Assembly: GCA_051294905.1 (NCBI GenBank) | Contig: CM119373.1 | Span: forward strand, 622,001-686,000 | Source: Botryllus schlosseri | Taxonomy: Eukaryota | Length of the DNA stretch: 64,000 nt | Reading direction: 5' to 3' | Shown here: positions 10,123-23,800 of the stretch, piece by piece | Layout: each line of letters starts with the position of its first letter | How positions within the stretch are numbered: the first letter of the stretch is position 1 | Notes under the pieces: model-generated | What the model saw: the letters and a program-made list of their open reading frames with translations, nothing else | Databases searched by the model: none | Told to the model about the DNA's origin: nothing | Translations under genes and position numbers: made by a program

Positions 10123-11504
10123 TAGGGTTGCCATCGACATGGACCCAAAAATAAGGACAGTCGAAAAATTAGATTAGCATGAAAAACCGTTTTGTACATA
10201 CTTTGTATTTATACGAGCCCTGGCCTATCACATTCCATACTTTTCGTCAAAAAAATATGCTCCAGCAATGCCTTGTTATTAGAAAGTGCTTCATGGACCT
10301 AACGACGGCTCAGGTCTAGGTTTACCTTGACTCAGGGCCGAAACAACACTTCTTCGTCACCCCCCCCCCCAAAAAAATCGTTGGTCTTTCCCTACCCCCC
10401 TCATAGGGGTAAAAACAAGCTGCTTCACCTCGTTGTGATTAGAGGCGTCAATCTAGATTGCAAAAGGCCGTACACCAAGTTGAGACAAAATCATTTTCTG
10501 AGCGTATGGAGCAAGAACTCCAGTAACAATGCTTGTAGTCTTAGTCGAGGCCGAAGATAACTTATTGGCGACGTTGGAATCGGGGAATATTGCTTTGAAC
10601 AATTGTTCAACAATTGTGCAATCGTTGGTGAGGAATGATTACTGGTGTTAGACAATATGGAATGCCCATGCACCCTCTGCAGCAGCTGCCTGTTAGTCTG
10701 TGGTCGTTGGTGCTGATTGACTTGTGGAAAAATTATTCATCGTTTGGCTAAAATTAATCATTGTGACACACTTCTTGTGTTTTGGGGTATCAATGTGAAT
10801 TGAAATAGCGGCCTTTCCTATGGCCTCCAGGTTAATGTCACAATTGCAGATATTGCAATGTGAGAAACACTCGCCCTTAAAGCTTCGTTAGATACCTTTG
10901 AATTCTCTGTCATAATTGTCACCAAACAACGTTTTTACACCGGCTCATTTTAACTAATCAGATTTAGCCTGACAGGTAGCTAAAACTATACGTGCAAGTG
11001 CAATATAAGTTTGATAAATTTATCAATGATTTTAGCTTTACTACTTTTTAACATATGTGTTGGCTGCACTGCGCCTTTTTCACTACGCATTAAATGCTGC
11101 CTTCCCCACACCTTGGTTGAGCTTATTCTGCTGTAGACCAAACAGCAGAAACCTGGTATTGCTGTTTACTGCTAAAATGACGTCCGCTGCGATAGCGTGG
11201 TACAAACGAAACTGCTATACCACCACTCACTGCCCTAGCTATCTCACCACCTAGAAGTCAAATCTTGTGGTGTGTACGTCACGAGGGTTCCTTTCATTTA
11301 TGATGTCATAAAATCTCTACGCAAAAGCATAATTTTAGAATATTATGCAACACAGATACCAGAGGAAAACGATCGAAGTTCAGTAGTGGTTGAAAATAAG
11401 ACAAAATAAGGACGTAAGTCGAAAATCAGGACATTTCTTAGAAATAAGGACAGTTGAGTTTTCTCAGACGTGGCCATTCAGAATAAGGACGGTATGGCAA
11501 CCAC
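10123..11504 (-). mobile_element. hAT relic with 5' transposase fragment (C2H2/BED-type zinc finger)
   Basis: Ends tagggttgccat/atggcaacc, subterminal ataaggac repeats; absent in copy B (~46580). Minus-strand relic HCNICNCDINLEAIGKAAISIHIDTPKHKKC..AAEGAWAFH with stops. Confidence 0.8.
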
Positions 11505-12156
11505 GTAATGGCATCACGTTTTGTGGCCCTGTTGTATGTGAAACTCGGAATTACTGTTAATATTCGGAGCATTGGAACAAATGTTTAGGAAGACATGATA
11601 TGTCCAATCGAGGTTTAAAGTTTTCGCGGTTGCAAACACTATCGAAAGTATATCTTCGCTCTGTGTAATCGACGATGTGTCTGTAGTAAAATTGTTGTTA
11701 CATAATAAGAGCTGGATAATGAGAAAATTTTCAGCCGTTCCTAATTACATTACAATTCAAATAATAGTTGAACATTTTTCAAATTAGATTAGAATTAAAG
11801 CTACACAGTTTTTTTCAAATTAGATATGAATTAGACTTAAAGAATTTGCTTTTCATAAGCATGAGAATGACAATTGTATGTGGAGTAAGTAGACATTGTT
11901 TGGCAATATACAGTTTTCATGTAGCATTATTGGGGAAGCAGTGATTAGATTAGAATTGAACTGTGAGCGAAGTAGCAGTTCACAAATTAGATTATAATTA
12001 GATCACGGGAATTCCCCTCTAATTAGCCTAATTAGACAAAGGATTATCTGGTTGCCGCATTATCACATTTCAAGGACAACAGGACCGTACCGATATCGGT
12101 GACCAAATCATCGTCGCTTTTAATTTCATTTCTCAGACACGTACCCGAGTCGCGTC

Positions 12157-12305
12157 CTCCTCGCCACCTCATCCGCGTCAGCGGTATCTTACAAAAGCCT
12201 AGAGGTGGGCCGTGCTATAAGTCGGCAGTTACGGAAAATAAGAAGAATATCGGCCTGGTGTAAATGACCATAGTAGTCGACAAAACCATGAATACCCCAA
12301 AACAA
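12157..12305 (+). mobile_element. 5'-truncated SINE copy
   Basis: Matches the 3' half of SINE 45365-45627; TSD acccgagt(c/t)gcgtc; empty site at ~47212. Confidence 0.85.
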
Positions 12306-14938
12306 ACCCGAGTTGCGTCTCCATCTACATGTCGCAGACTCGCAGTACCTGCGTACTCACACTTTTGAAATCAAGTTGTGAATCGGATTTGATGGTGACA
12401 ATCCAATCACTTTAGAATCTCGCGGCTTATTCAGGGAAAACTGAAATCTAATTTAGCGCAATATCACCTGACTGTGTGACTTCAACACGTTCTTTTTCCG
12501 CCCGTCTTTTCAAGTCGCTCATAATGGATTCAAGAGATGTGCCGTCCTGCAAAATGTGTAACATATTCATTATCATATGCGCGTGAAATACGCTATAGTT
12601 CGCACACGGCACATGCATAAATGTAGTGTCGTTATGATCGTGAATTTACGGTGGTATCGTCTCACTCTGAATTGTGAATAGGACTAGAATTAGTGCCAAT
12701 CATTATTTCCTGGTGTGCTTTCTTTAATATTAATACAATGTGTATGTTTATTTACACTCAGGATATTGATTGTATAGTGCTCGCATGTATTCGAATAATT
12801 ATGTTACCGATAGTAAATACATTGAATCGAGAGTGGCCAACCTGCGGCCGTAGAAGGAAATTTGTGCAGCCGTTAACATGCAAATTCACTTTACGAATTG
12901 ACTCTTACGAATTGAGAGATTTTAATTAATCTTAAATTTTTCTTCGCGCTACATGCGATTCTATGTGTATTCAATTTTCAATTTTATTGTAGAAGGGCCA
13001 TTTGCAATCTGAACCCCACAGTACAGATGCGAACAGCAGAGGAAAATGATACGCCACATATACAAATACGAACTAGGAATCTTGTATTCCTGCTTATCAT
13101 GAAAGAAACTCGTTTGTAATGCGTTTGGGCGATTCCAATATCTTTCCGCACAATACCGACAATTCTGATGCGTGGTCATGGTCAAGAAATAACAGCAATA
13201 AAGTTACTAATAACTGTTGGCCCAACCGAAGATGTATCATCAATTTATCATTATAACTTGCCTAAATTTTCGAACACAGTCCCTCCATCAACTCTACGGA
13301 ATAACCTGATCACAATGGGCTGAGAAAGGATAATATTTAATGGTTGTATGTGATCATTCTGGAGTTCCGCGTGAATATACATGGAATGTTTACCTATAGT
13401 GTCCTATATATGGTGTGGACACAAGCAAATCTCACGGCTCAGTCAAATCGGTCCATATCACACTTTCCGTTTAGTCAAAGGCAATTTGACGGTGATTTTT
13501 GACCAGATTGCTGAGCATTACATTTGATAAAACGGGAATCAATCGAAAGCTACACGAGCGTGAGAGTGTGAATGCTCAATCGGCTGCGCAACCACACCTG
13601 GTCACAGGCGGCATGGTTGCGTCACAATACCAAACTCCGTTACAGCGCAACATTCGAGACTGATTTTGGGGAGTTCCAGGACCACGAACAGAATAAAATT
13701 TATATTTCCGTCACGGACCCCCGCGGATCCCTCCGAGTTTACTTCAAATTTAGCTTGATTATCGTGCAACCGTCGTATGTCTCGTGCAAATATTAAGTAA
13801 TAAACAGCAACAAGATGGTCTTTTTTGTAAATAACATCATACTATATGCAGATATTGGGCAGACTATTATTATTTCAAAGCGAAATCTGCAGCTGCATTT
13901 ATTGAAATATGTGGCAGTGCCTCGAAAATCTGCACTTTCGATTTGATAGACGAACGAGTGCCGAAAATCCATTACCATAAAGATAGGTGGTGGCGAACGA
14001 CGAACGTAATAATAACCCGTAACGCTTCCGATGACATCTTTGAGTATGACATCAACATACATGGCAACTTATCACGTCTAGCCTTGTCAATTCTATCCAG
14101 CAGCTCATTTTGAGGTTATTCGGGAATAGTGGTTACATGTAGGCTATATCAAGAGAGAAAATGGTTTCAATCGCTTTATTCGGGCAGATTACGAAACAAA
14201 ATTCAGAATTCCGATTTCAAACGACTGATTATTCATTTGCTGAGACTGATAAATCCAGATGCAAACTGTTTTGCAAACATTTCTAATTCTGATTGACTTT
14301 ACTACTCCAACTTTTTTTAAACATTCCACAATCCTAACTAAGATCTGCTAACAGAAAGATTTTGATATTAGTAAGCTATTGGCAATTCGGCAATTAAATT
14401 GAGTTTTCACAGTAGGATATTTGATATCAGACCGCCATTCTGTCGATGTGAGTTCTGCAATTTTAGCAGTAATGAAGCAAAACTGCTGGGTGATTTTCCT
14501 AATTCAGAAAATTACAAATCCGGTTATCAATCATTTTGCAGATCTAGCGGTTTCGCGGACCCTCGGTTGAGAATCACTGACCGAGAGTGTAACAACAATT
14601 CCGTTATATTCACGAAATCTGATACTGAATGAAATGCAATCAATTTTGTCCTGAATTTATTTCGAGTAGGTATAGGCCCACTAAATGGTTAGGTGACGTT
14701 ATATTTTGGAGGAATACCCATGCATCGATGGATTACCATTTCGAACAATTACGCAAAAGGATTTTGTTGTCGTGTTGCATAAACTTGCTCACCTCACAAT
14801 TTCCATGAGAAGTCCAACGGCCGTTGACGTAACTTCTGCTGCAAAATTGGCCTGAAATAATTGGGATTGGTGGATTAGCGCACGTGCTTTCCAGACTAAA
14901 TTACGTAAAGTGTGACGCCCTGTAATGAAGATCTATAA

Positions 14939-15812
14939 CAGTGGTTCTCAGTCGGGCGTCCGCGAGACATCCAAATTTGCAAAACGATTGATAGCCTAAT
15001 TTGTATTTTTTCAATTAAGTAAATCACGAGCGAGATTCGCTTCATAACTGATTACATAACTGGTAAAACTTTACGACTCATATTACACAAATAGCAGTCA
15101 GAAAGGAAATATCCTGCTGTACAAACTCATTTTAATTGATAAATTGACAGCAGCCTAATGATACAAACATACATTGCTATTTGAAGATGCTTTGTCGGGG
15201 TTTGTGAAAAAATAAAAAGTTTGGGTAGTAATAGGTCAATCCGGGTGACTTGGAAATGGATACAAGATGTCAGTCTCAGCATACTAGGGCGCAGTCGCTG
15301 TGAATGGACATTTGTGATCCATTTTTTCTGCAATTTACATAATAACCAAAAATAATTTCATGATGAGCTGCTAGATAGAAATGGCTAGGCTGGACGTTCA
15401 TTAAGTAATCTGTTTTTCAATTGTGGTGCCTTAGGTGTGAACGGAAACGTTACGAGTTAACAGTACATGTACAGTACATTCCCACCACTTATCTTTGGGG
15501 AAATGGATTGTCAGCAGTCGTTTATATCAAATCAAAAGCGAGTGTTTTCAAGACACAGCCAGTTCTTTCAACAAATGCACCTGCAAAATTCGCTTTGAAA
15601 TAATAAAAATAGATGCAATTTCTACATAATGTATGATATTATTTATATTTTGTTGGTGTTTATCACTAGCCTAAAGTTAAATATTGAATAAGTCATATCA
15701 CGGTTGCACGATAGCCTGATTGAGCTGAATTTTAACGAAAACTTAAGGGAGTCCGCGGGGGTCCTTGATTGTCAAAATGGGTTCGCGAATACAAGAAGGT
15801 TAAGAACCATTG
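14939..15812. mobile_element. hAT MITE of the cagtggttctca-ggtccgcg family (other copies 31523-32212, 51111-51986, 62321-~63030; reverse copies ~13710-14579, ~48670-50730, 63038-64000)
   Basis: TIRs and 8-bp TSD atctataa (14931-14938, 15813-15820); the 31523 copy has TSD gcctaatg; shared internal sequence among copies. Confidence 0.9.
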
Positions 15813-16205
15813 ATCTATAAGGTCTAAAGCTAAGCAATTGGAAGGGACATACTCTATCTACCTTGGAGTGACATGTTTTGAAATGATTTATCGTGTTACT
15901 TTTTATCAGTCATCACCATCATCCATCTGTATTTATGCAACTTATATCTTCATATTTCTCCTTTATCGTCATTATCGGATCCACACACGGCTGTAAATAG
16001 CAGGAATAATGGACACCCCTAAGCTGGAACTACTCATGTAAGCTGGATCAGTCACAACGACACACCATAAGCTGTCGAGCTTCGTATCGAAATGAAAAGA
16101 TAGGATTATGCAGTCTGATTGTCACTGTATCCTCCCTGCTTGCCTTCCAGACAAAGTCACAATTTGCGTATAAATGAAGAACTAGTATTCACCAACTATA
16201 CTCAC

Positions 16206-16278
16206 TTGAAGTACAGGCAACTGTCACAAGCAATGCAGTCAAACACAAAGTTGTCGAGAGGAGTGGAAACACGACCAT
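16206..16278 (-). CDS. Signal-peptide first coding exon, copy A (MVVFPLLSTTLCLTALLVTVACTS)
   Basis: ATG at 16278, hydrophobic 24 codons, phase-1 gtgagt donor; paralogue at 52371-52443. A minimal spliced model with the 3' exons gives 314 aa in frame. Confidence 0.75.
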
Positions 16279-17496
16279 CCTATCTGACTTACAGCAATCA
16301 TTGTAACTCTACCTTACTGCAACACGCCAGGATAAATGCTAACATAAAACGAGGAAGTTAAGTCTGAGTAGGTATGTTTTTGAAAATTATGTGTGATTCG
16401 GATGAGCATGAGGTGACTAACTTTGGCTCTGCGTATTTTTAATTTGAAAATGAACGTGTGTACGTTTTGGGCTGTTAATAATAAACAGGCCGCTATCGCT
16501 ATATTAAACATACAGTACCTTTCATTATACGTTAGCGACTCCATCTCCCCGTCTGCTCTGTGAATCTGCGTGCTAAATTTGTCCCGGGATGAACTTCTAT
16601 TATTCCAGGCATACATTTTAGGAACGCCATTGAAGCCTAAAGTAACGCATTATAGTAACGCGACGACATTTTTCCTCTGATGCCATATCTAGGATTGTGT
16701 TTAAAATAAATATCGATTTAAAGCAAACATGTTTGAAACAAAGCCCTTGTTTAAAAATTGTTTTTTGAAGTGACGTCATAGTGAATTGATGCTCACAATT
16801 GAAATGCCGGGTAAATATTAGCGATGGTGTGAACCTCTGAAAGGTTCAGGTTCGTGTGAACGCGAACCTTTTTGAAAGGTTCTGTGTGAACGCGAATTTC
16901 TGAGCGGTGTTCTGAGCTGTGTTTATTGCGTTCCAATTTAAAAACAATCACGAAATAACTTGCATTACTCGTCTAATTGAGAAAGGAGACAGTGTTTCTC
17001 GGCGTGCGCGCCATCAAATCGACAAGTGCAGCAACATCAGGTTTTGATCGTCTAGCGTCGCTTCGTCTGGTTAGTAATAATCAAATTGCTCACTTAAGCA
17101 TCACTCCCGGTTTGTGAAATGCAAAGAGTTCATTATCTTTCAAACCTCACCATTGGTCATCAGTACTGCGCTGATGACGGAATTAAAGATATGACGAATA
17201 TCCACAGTACAGTTATTACGGAGTACGCGGTACTCCCTGCTTATGCAGATTTGGCGCCTATGTGTGGACATGGTTAGTTAAAAAGGCGACACCAACGAGG
17301 CAAAAATTACTTATTTTGTGAACAATTATTTTTAGCCAATTCAAACAATAGTAGTATCATATATCATCTTATGAAATACATCGGAGCAGTAGCTAGTTTT
17401 CAAACAACCGGCTCCATATGGATTTTATGCAGAGCTTCTGCTTCAGCTCTATCTCTGTTTAAAATGCACGGCTTCTGACTCCTTCTCTGGCTCCAA

Positions 17497-18056
17497 AAGG
17501 GTTATAATGACTCGACTAATAATGAGTCGACTCGAATCCGACTCGAGTCACGATTTTCTGATGACTCGACTTGATTCAAGTCATTTTCTCAAAATAAAAA
17601 TATGACTCGACTCGACCCGAGTCAATCTGTGTATTGACTCGACTTGGACTCGAGTCATTGCGCATGACTCGGACCAAGTCATATGACTCGAGACTCAGAC
17701 GGCCAAGACCGACATTTCATTATAATTTCGAAGAATAATAAAGTAACCAAACTATTGGGATTTCATGTATTGGTACTGGTACTTGAAATTGCGACCGGAA
17801 ACTACTAAAATCGAGGAAAATTAGTATATTATGAATGCGAACCATTCGATATCACCAAACAGAGTTATAAAACGTGGATTTAACAAGACTTTAACTGGAA
17901 ACTGAGCACTGAGCAGTCAACACAATGACTTGGACTCGAACTTGACTCGGTGGTGAATTGCGTCCGACTGTGAAATGAATCGACTAGACTCGAGTCAAAA
18001 ATATAAAAATGAGAATGACTTGTGTCTCGGAGCCTTGTGACTTGGTTACAACCCTG
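17497..18056. mobile_element. Deleted hAT element with gactcgagtc subterminal repeats (family of 57777-59929)
   Basis: Ends agggttataatgactcg/ggttacaaccctg; many gactcga/tcgagtc motifs. Confidence 0.8.
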
Positions 18057-18523
18057 TCCAGAGCCTTGTGCAGTGCCCACATTTGATCGTCGTAATTTCT
18101 TAACGACATGTAGCAATTGCTCTTTAAAATCAAGTTGTAAATCGGATTTTATGACGACAAACCAATCATTTTATATAGCCCGTAGCTTATTTCGTGAATA
18201 CTGAAAATAAGCGCAATATCACCCGAGTGAGTGGCTTCAACGCGTTCTTTTTCCGCCCTTTTTTTCAACTCGCTCATAATGGTGTCGAGAGATGTCCTGA
18301 AAAACGTGCAACATATTCACGGATATGCGCGCGACATTCGCTAATTGATACACGGCACATGCTTAAATCCAGTGTTGTTAAGTTCGTGAATTTACGTGGT
18401 ATACTTAAACTCTGATTTGTATACACTAGTATTGGTGCAAATCATTATCTATTCGTGTGCTTTGTTTTGTATTAATAAAATGTGTTTTGAAGAGCTTCTT
18501 GGAGGTACAGAACTTCAATCTAC

Positions 18524-18731
18524 AATTGAATAGTATATTCATATTGAAATGAACCCGAATATTTTCGGCTGACACTCGTCAGGAGTAATCGTCATGCTGG
18601 TGACGTCATATTTTGTGATACGATTGTTGATATACAATGTTCTTTCCAATTCTCTACTAGTTGCTGACGATTACCCCTGACGAGTGTAAGCCGAAAATAT
18701 TCGGGTTCATTTCAATATGAATATACTGTTC
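18524..18731. mobile_element. Penelope-like pseudo-LTR fragment with inverted partial copy; two hammerhead motifs (minus 18553-18586, plus 18673-18706)
   Basis: 18524-18593 is the reverse complement of the 3' part of 18593-18731; flanking duplication aaaatgtgttttg; both cores CUGACGA...GAAA...UC intact. Confidence 0.8.
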
Positions 18732-20885
18732 AAAATGTGTTTTGTGTTATAGCCTACTGCCTTTACTTATATACACTCGGGATCGTGATCGTATAGTGCT
18801 CGCATGTTATCATTAGGCCTACAATTATCATACATCAACGACAGTGGCGCTTATCGCCTGTTTAGGCCTTTTGCACCACGGCAATGCATTTGTAAAGTTC
18901 AGTGTCTTTGCTTTTGTACATCGAGGACGACTTTCATGCTCGCGCACATCCACTCTTCCATTCGCTCTCGTTTACATGCGTCCTCTTGCTGGTCTCTGCT
19001 GCAGAATTTGGAGCTCGGTTCACTCTTCCTCTGGGCTTTTTCAAGACGCTGCGTTAACAGCGAGGTCGGCGATGGTGCTCGCATATATTCTGTTGCCGAT
19101 TCTAAATATAGGTACATTGGATTCTTGCAGAACGTTCATCGTACGTGCATTGGCGTAGCCAGGAGGGGGCAAAAGTGGCCATGGCCCCTCCCAAATATTT
19201 CGAAATTTTTCGTAAACTAGTACATGGTGGAGTATATTTTCGCAGATGTATTCAACTTGAAATTTTTTTCTTGTTACGTCCTTGCGTCCGTGTTTTCTGT
19301 TTTAGGAAGACCTAGAGCGCAGCAAGTTCCATTATATTCACCAAATCTAATCGGGAAAGAATTACAATGAATTATATCCCGAATTGCATTTGGGTATAGG
19401 CAGGCCTACTAAACGCTAATGTCACTTTATCTTCTGGAGTAATACTCACACATCGATGAATTGTCAGTCCGAACAATCACGCGAAATTAATTTGTTGGCG
19501 TGCTGCATTTGAATTTGCCATATTCAACTTGCTCACCCCACAATTTCCAGCGGCCGTTGATGTAACTTCTGCTGCAAAATTGGCCTGTAATTTGCGGGAT
19601 TGTTGCGTTAGCGCAAGTGCTTTCCAAACAAAAATACGTAAGCTGTGACGCTCTGTATTCAAGATCGAAGCTATCGGTGGAGACAGACTCTATCTTGGAG
19701 TGACATGTTTTGGAATGATTTATCGTGTTACTTTTTAGCGGCGATAGCATCCATCTGTATTTATGCAACTTATAACTAGCAGAAATATTGAAAACCCGTA
19801 AGCTAGAACCACGCAGTTTCAGAGCTTCGTATCGAAATGAGAAGATTGGATTATGAAGACAGATTGTCACGGTGTCCTCCCTGCTTACCATCCAGGCAAA
19901 GTCACAATTTGCGTATAAATGAAGAACTATAGTATTCACCAACTATACTCACCTGAAGAACAGGTAACTGTCACAAGTAGAGCCCGACCGATTATCGGCT
20001 CGCCGATAATATCGAGTCGATATCACGCTTGGAGAGAAATATCGGTATCGGCCATTGAAGGTAAAAAAATATCGGCCATTTTCGTGACGTCACAACATGG
20101 TGGCAGGGAGTCAAAGAAGTCGATAGAAGACGTCAGAACGGTAAATTATAAAAATAAATGGCCAAGCTGCATATAGTGCATACTGCATACAGGGCAGTAG
20201 GCGTGTGCCAATCTGAAAAATATTAAAAATAACTAACCACCGTTATGCCCCACTGACTTCGTGGGAATCCTCCTGCAGTGATCGATCACCAAAGGCAAAG
20301 TCACTCAACTTCAATCGTGCTGGACTGACCCTCGTGATGATAGAGAAAGCGTCGCGTCGAAACAAATCTCTGAAGATAGTGCTATTGGTTCGGTACCAAC
20401 AGAGCTATAATTATACCAGTGATGCATGAAGTCGTCTGACCGAGGCCTGCGGGGCCACCATGATAGGAAATATGCGAGCATAGAGGGGAAGAAAATCAAG
20501 CAAACGTGGAGTAAAGTCAATAATTGATACGAAAATTTTTGATTCCGTGATGACATTGGCCAATTCTGACAAAAAGGCGTAAAATATTGATCAATTGATT
20601 GTTCAAATGCTGGTCATGGCTCATGGTCAACCCAATGCCCAAGGGGGATGGGTGGAGCAGTTGCAGACGTGGACAATTTGAGTTGTTTGCACATTCTATT
20701 CAGCTATTTGTTAATGATGTGCTGAAGGCTCCAGGTGCACTGCCAAAATAATATCAATATTAATATCAATATTTGGTGAAACCATTGAAGGAAAGATCCC
20801 CTGCAAGGGAGCGGTGGAACTGAAATGGTGAAAGATTTCCAATTCTTGCTGTGCCACTAATTATGGTACCAAGTGAAAGACTGCT

Positions 20886-23800
20886 CACTGTGTTTAGTAC
20901 TATAAGTAGTATGATTAGCTGGGTTTCGTGCAGGCCAATCAGAGAGCGCCACGTCATCCTAATTGCCACGCCCATTTTCATACCCTAAGGGTACATTCAT
21001 CTGCTACGTCATGTGTGCCACATCATCAAGCGCCACGCCTATAGTGCCACATCATCCATCCATTGCAATATCATCGCTGCATTGATTGCCGCATCTTGAT
21101 ACTTTTCTCAGATATTGTATTATGTGTATTTAGGACAAATATCATCCGTCCATATGTTTTAAACTTGATTTTATGTGTACAAGTTACGGTTTCTGCAGTT
21201 TCCACATTTTACGACTTATGATTGCCGCGTCAAAACATACCTTAGCTAGAATCGACAGATTTTCTTTATGTGTATTTAAGACTATGTATTTAAATTCCTA
21301 TTCAGATTATACGTAAATGCGAGAAATATGATGTCTATGCAAGGCTATATTCTCCGGATAATATTATTAATATCAAAATTCTACACATCATCACTAATTA
21401 CTTAATATAAAATGCGATTTTGAGCGCTGCGACTTGATAATATGAATCCCTACGCTTCTGATGCATGATTTTTTGTGATAAGGACCTAGGTAACATTCAG
21501 AGTCTACAACGATTGTTTGGATATACATTATAGCAATACCCCACTAAACTATAGGCGGTTATATTACTCTATTGGTCAGAGATAACTCATCCGTCCATAT
21601 TTTTAAACTTGATTTTATGTATACAAGTTACGCTCTCTGCAGCCTCCACATTTTACGACTTATTTTCATTAGACGCAGGCAAGCGATTCTCCAGTTCGGA
21701 GGTACGGAAACAAATCACTCGCATGTGCGCGTTCCGAACAGTCTTGTAGAATTTTCTAAAGTCGTAACAGCTTATAGTAGCATATACGCGAATCCCAAGG
21801 TGAAAATAATCGAACGAACTATAGCCGTAGGCGTGCGATTCGCAGGGCTTTATTTATACAAACACTTTCGATGCCTGTACGCGAACCCCAGCGTTATAAC
21901 GATTAGGTCTAATTAGCACGTTCTGAAGCCGTAAATTTAGTCAACATCATTGAGATAGCCATGATTTAAATATGGTGATCGAGTGTGACAATAGCACTCG
22001 TCAAGGTTAGACAAACATAACCTTAAACTACTATCTACTTCACAAAATATAAAGTTGTAAAAGTAAGCAGATTTCTATGAAAACCTGTTAAATAGAAGTA
22101 AAAGTAGCCTAGAAACATAACTACTTACCGAAAAATCGTTACGTAGAAGTGGGGTTAGTCTACGAACATAACCACTTACTTACTTTGAAATCTCTACTTG
22201 TACTTGTATTCGAGCGGAATTGCATCTATCATGTGTATTTAGGGCTAATGCGACATCACTATGTTGACGACAGGGCTGATTTGAACACACAAATTTTGCG
22301 AATTAAACTTATCGCTCACCACGGACACTCAATGAAGAGCACCCTGGAGCACCCACAAAAATGCTCTACAATTCTTGACATATAATATACTGAGCATATA
22401 ATAAGCTGACAAAACTTATTGCCGTGCGACCGATGCATTAATGACTTTAATACTCTGTATTTTAAATTATCACACCTATGAGTCGAAATGTTGTTAAGTA
22501 ACTCATGTTTTCAACATAACCTAAACGTAAAGTGCACGAATTTCCATGTTGATCAAATACCAAAAACTTTGCTTGCTTTCAAAGTTAGTACCTAAGCGCA
22601 TAACAGAATTTACCCAAAAAAGTCGGTACTCCGAAAATTTTGTGAAGTAGAGCCTTTTGGTGTTGGACTTAAGTTCCAATGAACAAGTGTTCACGTGAGT
22701 TCGAATCCCAAACCCTGTACGTTATATTTGAGTCAAAAAAGTTATTCATACTCATGATTCGAGATGTTAAGTAACTCATGTTTTCAACATAATGTAAGCG
22801 CGAAGTACGCAAAATTAGATAACATACAAATACCACAAATTGCGCTAGCTTTCAGAGTTGATAAGTTTAACTCTTTTAACAAAGTTGTATGTGCGCAATA
22901 TATATTTATCGTAAGTCCTGCACGTTCATGATTTCGTCCGAGTTTGAGTTGTAGAAAATATTATACCAACATCGCGACATCTTTCAAAAACAAAACCACG
23001 GTCACTGCTTGAGAGACCTATTAATGTCATCCCAATAATTTAGTTACTTCCACAAAATAGTAGATACGTATTTGACTTACGTTTCACAAAGCTAACACGC
23101 ACACAATTTACTTTAGTAACGAAAAGTGGTGAGATATCGAAAGATTTCTCCTTACATCAAAACAACTAGAATGTGGAACTATATTAAAAACGTTCCTAAC
23201 CCTTTGCACACCGCTGATAAATCGCACAAGCAACAAGTTTAGAGAATCGATATATACATAGTCAATTTTCATAATAGAATTAGCATGCTAAACATTAAAT
23301 ACTCACCTTGAAAGTTGGTACGCAGTTGTAGGCCATATTAACAATGCACCATACCAAATTTCGTCACACATTTCATGATGTAACACCTTTGGAACTAACG
23401 CAGCTTTCTACAGACTTTAGCATGAATCTGTTTTTCGGTAGCGTAGCAGGTACCTATACATAGTAAGCTTTAATAACGGAATTATCATGCTAATAATCAA
23501 ATTCCCACCCTGAATCTTGGTACGCAGTTGTAGGATAATATGAAAATGCACCACTCTAAATTTCGTCACACATTTTATGATAGTTGTAGGACATTGTGAT
23601 TATGCAGCATACCAAATATCGTCACACATTTCATGATGGAATAACTTTAAATCTAACGCAGTTCTATACCAACTTCGCGTAAATCTGTTTTTCGGTAGCG
23701 CGTACCTATGCATAGTCAGCTTTAATAACGGAATTATCATGTCAATATGTGACTCCTCAACTTGAAACCTGGTACGTAGTTGCAGGATTTGGTGATTATG

